Origin: an uncultured Tissierellia bacterium
GTDB lineage: Bacteria > Bacillota > Clostridia > Tissierellales > Peptoniphilaceae
Direction: 5' to 3'
DNA: 24,000 nt
Assembly (NCBI GenBank): GCA_902489145.1
Contig: CABTYV010000009.1
Coordinates: forward strand, 9,743 to 33,742
The notes beneath the pieces are model-generated. The model was not told the origin of the DNA and searched no databases. It saw only the letters and a program-made list of their open reading frames with translations. Shown here piece by piece: positions 19,185 to 24,000 of this stretch. The first letter of the stretch is position 1, and each line of letters begins with the position of its first letter. Position numbers and translations under genes: made by a program.

Positions 19185-20153
19185 ATGAAAAATGCACGCT
19201 ATCCATCTTTATTGGTGATCTATCCAAAAGAAATTGAGGAGGAGATGGAGCCTTTTCTCCTCTTTTCCGGCACCATTGGCAGTGAGCTGATGGACCCGGA
19301 GAGCTTGCGCCAGGCGGAGCAAACGGGGCCGGAGTGGGCCCTGTACGATGCGGCGGAGCTTCACCGGGCCCAGGAAGCGGAGCTGGGCCGCACCCTGAAA
19401 GAAGGTATGGCAGCCCAACGACTCTTTTTTGATTCCAATAGAGAAGGTCGGGCCCAAATGAATCTGCTTGTCCAGCGGCTTCAGGGTCCATTTCAAGGGC
19501 GGCTGGAAATCATAGAAGAAGCCCCTGTGGATAATAGCCACTGGAATGAGCAGTGGCGCTCCTTCTATCGGCCAATTTTGATCGATGACCAGCTCCGGAT
19601 TTTGCCGTCATGGGAGGCAGTGCCGGAGGACGGCCTTCGAACGATCCGCATCGAACCGGGCATGGCTTTTGGGACGGGCACCCATGAAACGACGTCCCTC
19701 TGCCTGCGCCTGCTCCTTCAGCAAAATCTGGTGGACTGCCGTCTGCTGGATCTGGGCACGGGATCTGGCATTCTTTCGATTTTTGCCAAGATGGCCGGCG
19801 CCGCTTCGGTGATGGCAACCGATATCGACGAGGATGCCCTGAAAACGGCTCGGGCCAATGCCGCGCTTAATGGCCAACAGGAGATTGATTTTCGTCATTC
19901 CGACCTTATGGAGGAGGTGGAGGGGGACTTTGACTTCATCGTAGCCAACCTGCTTCTGCCCCTGGTCAAACGCCTGCTTCCGGCTTTGCCGGAGCGGCTG
20001 AAAGCAGGGGGGCGCCTCCTGCTTTCGGGTCTTTTAGTCAATCAGCTGGAGGAGGTCCAGCGACTGGCAAAATTGGTCGGCCTAAGCGAAACGGCGCGCC
20101 TGACGGACGGCGAGTGGGGGGCTCTTCTTTTCAAGGAGAGCGTCCATTCCTAA
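19185..20153 (+). CDS. prmA: Ribosomal protein L11 methyltransferase
   Basis: The SAM-binding motif LLDLGTGSGILS is present, along with FGTGTHETT. The position after dnaJ matches B. subtilis. ATG 19185 lies just after the dnaJ stop; TTG 19176 (ORF-track start) is an alternative. Confidence 0.9.
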   Translation: MKNARYPSLLVIYPKEIEEEMEPFLLFSGTIGSELMDPESLRQAEQTGPEWALYDAAELHRAQEAELGRTLKEGMAAQRLFFDSNREGRAQMNLLVQRLQGPFQGRLEIIEEAPVDNSHWNEQWRSFYRPILIDDQLRILPSWEAVPEDGLRTIRIEPGMAFGTGTHETTSLCLRLLLQQNLVDCRLLDLGTGSGILSIFAKMAGAASVMATDIDEDALKTARANAALNGQQEIDFRHSDLMEEVEGDFDFIVANLLLPLVKRLLPALPERLKAGGRLLLSGLLVNQLEEVQRLAKLVGLSETARLTDGEWGALLFKESVHS

Positions 20154-20167
20154 AGAAGGAGGTTGAC

Positions 20168-21487
20168 TTGAAAAGGGTTGCTTTTTACACCTTGGGCTGT
20201 AAGGTCAATCAATATGAGTCGGAAGCGATGGAGGAGCTGTTTTTGCAGGCGGGCTATCAATTGGCCCGGGCAGATGAGCCTGTTGATGTTTTTGTGGTCA
20301 ATACCTGTACGGTCACCCACGTCTCTGATGCCAAATGTCGGCAGGCCATTCGACGGGTGAAGCGGCAGAACCCCTTGGCTGTGATTGCTGTGGTAGGCTG
20401 CTATGTCCAGGTGGCCGCCAAACGCGTGCGCGCCATGGAGGGCGTTGATATCCTGATTGGCACAAAGGGGCGAGGTCATATCGTAGAGGATGTGGAAGCC
20501 TTTCTTGCGGAGGGCAAGCCCATTGTGCGGATTCCGGATCTGAAGGAGGAGGTCGCCTTTGATTCGCTCTCGATTTCCCGCGAGCTTTCTACGACCCGGG
20601 CTGCTGTAAAAATCCAGGAGGGCTGCGATATGTATTGCAGCTACTGCATCATCCCCTATGCGCGGGGCCCGATTGCGTCTCGTTCCCAGGACGAGATCCT
20701 GGAGGAGGTGAAGCGCCTGCTGGCGCACGGGATCCAGGAAATCGTCCTGACCGGCATTCACGTGGCCTCTTATGGAAAGGAAGCGGGACGCGGGGAGGAC
20801 CTGGTTGACCTGGTCGAAGCCCTCTCCGTCCTTCCGGGCTTAGCCCGCATCCGCCTCTCTTCGATTGAACCGCGCTGGGTCAATGAAGAGAAGCTGATTC
20901 GAATGCGGGACTGCGGGAAGCTTTGCGACCACTTCCATCTTTCGCTCCAGTCGGGATCGGATGCCGTGCTTCGCGCCATGAACCGAAAATATGACCAGGC
21001 CCTTTATGCTGAAAAATTGGCCACCATCCGATCCATTTTTCCATCAGCCGGCTTGACCACCGATGTCATCGTCGGCTTTCCAGGAGAGCGCGAATCGGAT
21101 TTTCAGGCAACGCTTGATTTTTGCCAGGCGATGGCTTTTTCGAAGATTCACATTTTTCCCTATTCGCCCCGTCAGGGGACCCCGGCCGCCCTCTTTCAGG
21201 GTCAAGTGGATCCCGCGGTAAAAAAGGAGCGGGCCCAGCGCTTAGCTCAGCTGGAAAGAAAGCTTCGTCATGATTTTATGGATGGGTCGGTTGGCCAGCC
21301 GGTGGACGTCCTTTTTGAAGAAGGAGCGGATCCGACGCTGATGTATGGCTATACCAGTAATTATTTGAGGGTTCAGGCGCCGAGAGATGAAAATCGGGTA
21401 AATAGGATCATGAGTGGAAGAATTACGGGAAGAGTCGGCGAGATTTTGACCTTTCAAGCCGATTCAGAAGGAGGGAACCATGTCTGA
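20168..21487 (+). CDS. mtaB: tRNA t6A37 methylthiotransferase MtaB (MiaB-like radical SAM MTTase)
   Basis: TTG 20168 with AAGGAGG 5 nt upstream; the ORF-track start at 20114 would overlap prmA. The MTTase N-terminal domain is VAFYTLGCKVNQYESE...VNTCTVT. The radical SAM cluster is IQEGCDMYCSYCIIP. The position matches B. subtilis yqeV. Confidence 0.9.
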   Translation: MKRVAFYTLGCKVNQYESEAMEELFLQAGYQLARADEPVDVFVVNTCTVTHVSDAKCRQAIRRVKRQNPLAVIAVVGCYVQVAAKRVRAMEGVDILIGTKGRGHIVEDVEAFLAEGKPIVRIPDLKEEVAFDSLSISRELSTTRAAVKIQEGCDMYCSYCIIPYARGPIASRSQDEILEEVKRLLAHGIQEIVLTGIHVASYGKEAGRGEDLVDLVEALSVLPGLARIRLSSIEPRWVNEEKLIRMRDCGKLCDHFHLSLQSGSDAVLRAMNRKYDQALYAEKLATIRSIFPSAGLTTDVIVGFPGERESDFQATLDFCQAMAFSKIHIFPYSPRQGTPAALFQGQVDPAVKKERAQRLAQLERKLRHDFMDGSVGQPVDVLFEEGADPTLMYGYTSNYLRVQAPRDENRVNRIMSGRITGRVGEILTFQADSEGGNHV

Positions 21488-21833
21488 TTGCATTTTTTGT
21501 AAGCTCGCCCAAAAAGAGCTCCCAACTGAGGTCGTTTATGAGGATGATGTCGTATTTGCCTTTCGGGATGCCCATCCCGCGGCGAAGATCCATTATCTAT
21601 TCATTCCCAAGCTTCATGTCGCTTCGCTCAATGACCTGAGTGATCCATCCATCATCAGTCACATTTTTTCGGCCATTCAAAAGCTGGCAAAGGAAGAAGG
21701 CTTTGCGGAAAGTGGCTACCGGATTGTGACCAACTGTGGCGCAGACGGTGGACAGACCATCGGCCATCTCCATTTCCATGTCCTGGCGGGTGAGCCAATT
21801 CGTTTCCCAGGCTTCGATGAAGAAGCAGAATAA
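21480..21833 (+). CDS. HIT family protein (histidine triad nucleotide-binding, Hint-like)
   Basis: 117 aa. CIFCKL is present, as is the histidine triad GHLHFHVLAG. There is an 8-nt overlap with the mtaB stop, consistent with translational coupling. Confidence 0.9.
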   Translation: MSDCIFCKLAQKELPTEVVYEDDVVFAFRDAHPAAKIHYLFIPKLHVASLNDLSDPSIISHIFSAIQKLAKEEGFAESGYRIVTNCGADGGQTIGHLHFHVLAGEPIRFPGFDEEAE

Positions 21834-21845
21834 AGGAGGAGCAGG

Positions 21846-22436
21846 ATGAAGGTAAAAAAGATCGGCATCGGCCTATTATTGTCCTTGTCGCTTTCTCTGG
21901 TGGCCTGTGGCCCCACCGTGGAGGCACCTGGTGATCATTCGAACGCATCGGAGTCGGTAGAGTCAGTGGCAAGCCAATCCTCCCAACCGGCCTCAGAAAA
22001 TCATTCAGAAGCATCTTCCGAGCCTTCTGCTTCGCAAGCACGCTTAAGCGACCAGGAAGAGCAGGAGCTCCATGACTTGGTCAAGCAGGTACAGAGCATT
22101 CCCGTGGGCAGCGCTGGCGCTACCTTGCACACCTATGAGGTCTTTACGCATATGGCCAATGATTTTGCTTTTTATAAAGAAAAATCTGAAGCAAGCAAGC
22201 AGTTTTTAGCAAAAACAGCCAAGGAGCTGCCTCGTGAGGAGGATTTAGGCGCCCAGTTGGATGCGATGTTCTATGCGGTCCTTCAAATGGACGAAAATTT
22301 GGATGCCATGAAAAAACAGGTTCAGGATGCGGGGGTCCAGTTAGATCCAAAGTTGGGACGCGGCGAAATGGAAGCCATGCTACGGGCCATTGCCACGGGC
22401 GCAGGTTTGCAGTGGGATCCGAAGGAAATGAAGTAA
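21846..22436 (+). CDS. Hypothetical lipoprotein
   Basis: The signal peptide has a lipobox: MKVKKIGIGLLLSLSLSLVAC-G. A Ser/Glu-rich linker is followed by a helical-looking domain. I recognise no family. Confidence 0.75.
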   Translation: MKVKKIGIGLLLSLSLSLVACGPTVEAPGDHSNASESVESVASQSSQPASENHSEASSEPSASQARLSDQEEQELHDLVKQVQSIPVGSAGATLHTYEVFTHMANDFAFYKEKSEASKQFLAKTAKELPREEDLGAQLDAMFYAVLQMDENLDAMKKQVQDAGVQLDPKLGRGEMEAMLRAIATGAGLQWDPKEMK

Positions 22437-22441
22437 GCTTC

Positions 22442-22470
22442 TTGCACGAATCGAAAAGTCGGGGTATAAT
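22442..22470 (+). promoter_or_regulatory. Sigma-A promoter of rpsU
   Basis: TTGCAC (22442-22447), a 17-nt spacer, then consensus TATAAT (22465-22470). Confidence 0.65.
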
Positions 22471-22506
22471 ATTTTGTATTAATTTGACTCCGAGGGGGTG
22501 AGGATT

Positions 22507-22686
22507 TTGCCAGAGATTCGTGTAGGAGAGAATGAATCGATTGAAAGTGCATTAAAACGATTCAAACGCTCTTGTGCACGCGCCGGTACTTTAGCAGAAT
22601 ATCGCAAGCGCGAGCACTACGAAAAGCCGTCTGTCAAGCGGAAGAAGAAAAATGACGCGGCGCGTCGTAAGAATAGAAGTAAATAG
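22507..22686 (+). CDS. rpsU: 30S ribosomal protein S21
   Basis: [48 protein letters not shown] is canonical bS21. The start is taken as TTG 22507 (GAGGGGG at 22492-22498); GTG 22498 in the ORF track is an alternative. Confidence 0.95.
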   Translation: MPEIRVGENESIESALKRFKRSCARAGTLAEYRKREHYEKPSVKRKKKNDAARRKNRSK

Positions 22687-22740
22687 TGCCTTTGAAATGC
22701 CTATGACAGCTCGGAGCGAGGGTTCGTCCGGCTGTAGGAG

Positions 22741-22782
22741 GACCGGGTTTAGTGGAAGTGTCACGGGACCCGGTCTTTTTTT
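22741..22782 (+). terminator. Intrinsic terminator after rpsU
   Basis: Perfect 8-bp GC-rich stem GACCGGGT (22741-22748) / ACCCGGTC (22768-22775) followed by 7 T (22776-22782). The loop is large (19 nt). Confidence 0.65.
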
Positions 22783-22925
22783 GAGTTTAAAAGGGAGGCG
22801 ATGGTCTTCCCTTTCCAACCATCGGCTAGCTGGAGAAAAAAGAGAAAGACGGGTATAAAAATAAGGATTCGTGAACAGGTCCGCCCGACAAACGGAGAAT
22901 ATAGAAAAGTAGAAAGGAGCGTTTC

Positions 22926-23573
22926 ATGCCCATTCAGCTGATTGGCACCAGCTTGGTCTTGATTGCCGTTTTATTGGCAGTTGGTGCGCTATTTTTATCG
23001 CATCGCAGCCTGCTGGGCTTTTTGAGTCTGGCCAGCCTTGCAGCTTATCTTTTTTTGATGGTGAAGGCCGGCTATGCCAATGGGATGGAGGTCACCTATC
23101 TGATTGTGGGACTGATTTTGCTGCTCGTTGAGGTCTGTATTCCAGGCTTTGGCCTGGTTGGCACGGTGGGACTCGTCCTTCTATCACTGGGCTTGCTAAA
23201 CACGGCGCATGATCCATTAAGCGGTCTTGCGACCCTTGTCGCCGGTTTGGTCGTTGGGCTGGTGGCCGGGATTCTTTTTGTAAAGGCCGGTTTTCAGTCC
23301 AGCCTGCTTCAAAAATCGGTGCTGGACACACGGCTTAAGAGCGAGGACGGTTTTATTGCCCGAAAGGATGGGGCGGATTATCTGGGCAAGACCGGTCGGA
23401 CGCTTACGCCCCTTCGCCCGTCAGGCGCGATCGAGGTGGATGATCAAAGGCTTGATGCGCTCACCGACGGCCTTTTCATTGACCGAGGATGCAGCGTTGA
23501 AATTTATGAGGTTTCCAATGGTCGCCTTCTTGTCCGCCCGGTAAGAGAGATGGGCCCGGAGGAGGGAAAATAA
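22926..23573 (+). CDS. NfeD-family membrane protein, short form (TM bundle plus C-terminal OB-fold, no protease domain)
   Basis: About 4-5 TM segments are followed by GKTGRTLTPLRPSGAIEVDDQRLDALTDGLFIDRGCSVEIYEVSNGRLLVRPV, the typical NfeD C-terminal domain. It lies directly upstream of floA. Confidence 0.85.
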   Translation: MPIQLIGTSLVLIAVLLAVGALFLSHRSLLGFLSLASLAAYLFLMVKAGYANGMEVTYLIVGLILLLVEVCIPGFGLVGTVGLVLLSLGLLNTAHDPLSGLATLVAGLVVGLVAGILFVKAGFQSSLLQKSVLDTRLKSEDGFIARKDGADYLGKTGRTLTPLRPSGAIEVDDQRLDALTDGLFIDRGCSVEIYEVSNGRLLVRPVREMGPEEGK

Positions 23574-23675
23574 CTGGTAAATCGATCGGTCGTGATCAGA
23601 TCGATCGGTATGGATATAAAAGTGGATCGAAATCAAAGGACGCCCATAGGATGGGCGAAAAAAAAGGAGCGAGCA

Positions 23676-24000
23676 ATGCCATTTTTCGATTGGAACATTC
23701 CCCTGATGATCATCATTGTGGCTTTTTTGGCCATCTTTTTCACCATGGTTCCGGTGGGCCTTTGGATTACGGCCAAATTCTCCGGGGTCCGGATCAAAAT
23801 TTCTGATTTGATCGGGATGCGCCTGCGCCGGGTCAACCCCTCCAAAATCGTCAACCCCATGATCAAGGCGACCAAGGCAGGCTTGGATATCAATATTTCG
23901 GAGCTGGAAGCGCATTATCTGGCCGGCGGTCGGGTCAATGCCGTCATTGATGCCCTCATCGCCGCTCAGCGGGCCAACATCAGCCTCGATTTTAAAGAAG
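23676..24000 (+). CDS. floA: Flotillin-like protein FloA (YqfA/UPF0365), N-terminal fragment running off the window
   Basis: This is not in the ORF track because there is no stop in the window. ATG 23676 has AAAGGAG upstream. My translation is [108 protein letters not shown]. It closely parallels B. subtilis FloA (...GMRLRRV...VNPLIKAHKAGL...LESHYLAGGNV...[10 protein letters not shown]). Confidence 0.92.
   Translation, partial: MPFFDWNIPLMIIIVAFLAIFFTMVPVGLWITAKFSGVRIKISDLIGMRLRRVNPSKIVNPMIKATKAGLDINISELEAHYLAGGRVNAVIDALIAAQRANISLDFKE

Noticed and set aside
22700-22740. GGTTCGTCC, which resembles a tRNA T-loop, in the rpsU 3' region.
   Set aside because: The flanking sequence cannot form a T-stem or acceptor stem, so there is no tRNA-like cloverleaf.
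22652-22858. 68-aa ORF downstream of rpsU.
   Set aside because: It begins inside rpsU, runs straight through the rpsU terminator hairpin and T-run, and has no SD.
22801-22941. 46-aa highly basic small ORF (MVFPFQPSASWRKKRKTGIKIRIREQ...) next to a strong SD-like AAGGGAGG.
   Set aside because: Only 2 nt separate the SD-like sequence from the ATG. I recognise no family, and the ORF overlaps the nfeD start. More likely the SD-like sequence is part of an RNA structure (see finding). It remains testable by Ribo-seq.
23421-23915. Minus-strand ORFs (164 aa and 86 aa) covering the nfeD end and the floA start.
   Set aside because: The + strand frame from ATG 23676 translates to a clear FloA N-terminus. 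It is missing from the ORF track only because it has no stop in the window. The minus-strand ORFs are its shadows.

Overview
This looks like a chromosomal core region of a Bacillota (Firmicutes) genome, probably Clostridia-like. It is relatively GC-rich by eye and almost entirely coded on the + strand. It carries the conserved heat-shock and translation neighbourhood known from Bacillus subtilis. Gene order: pepF (3' fragment), srtB, groES-groEL, an AT-rich islet (an ArpU/sigma-region-4-like regulator plus an OmpR-type regulator with a degenerate receiver), an RsuA/RluB-family pseudouridine synthase, a metallophosphoesterase, a UvrD/PcrA-family helicase (minus strand), a small membrane protein, rpsT, two tandem signal peptidase I genes, lepA, hemW, hrcA-grpE-dnaK-dnaJ, prmA, mtaB, a HIT protein, a lipoprotein, rpsU, a short NfeD, and floA (5' fragment, running off the window and absent from the ORF track). 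CIRCE operators lie upstream of groES and hrcA. Several sigma-A-type promoters and intrinsic terminators are readable. I found no tRNA, rRNA, CRISPR array, transposase, integrase or recognisable defence operon. I do not see convincing evidence for a novel multi-gene system here. The most unusual items are the low-GC two-regulator islet (3.56-5.13 kb), whose response regulator has lost its phospho-acceptor residues, and a signal peptidase I with a roughly 190-aa acidic N-terminal extension. All homology calls come from recognising motifs by eye. No database search or computation was run.
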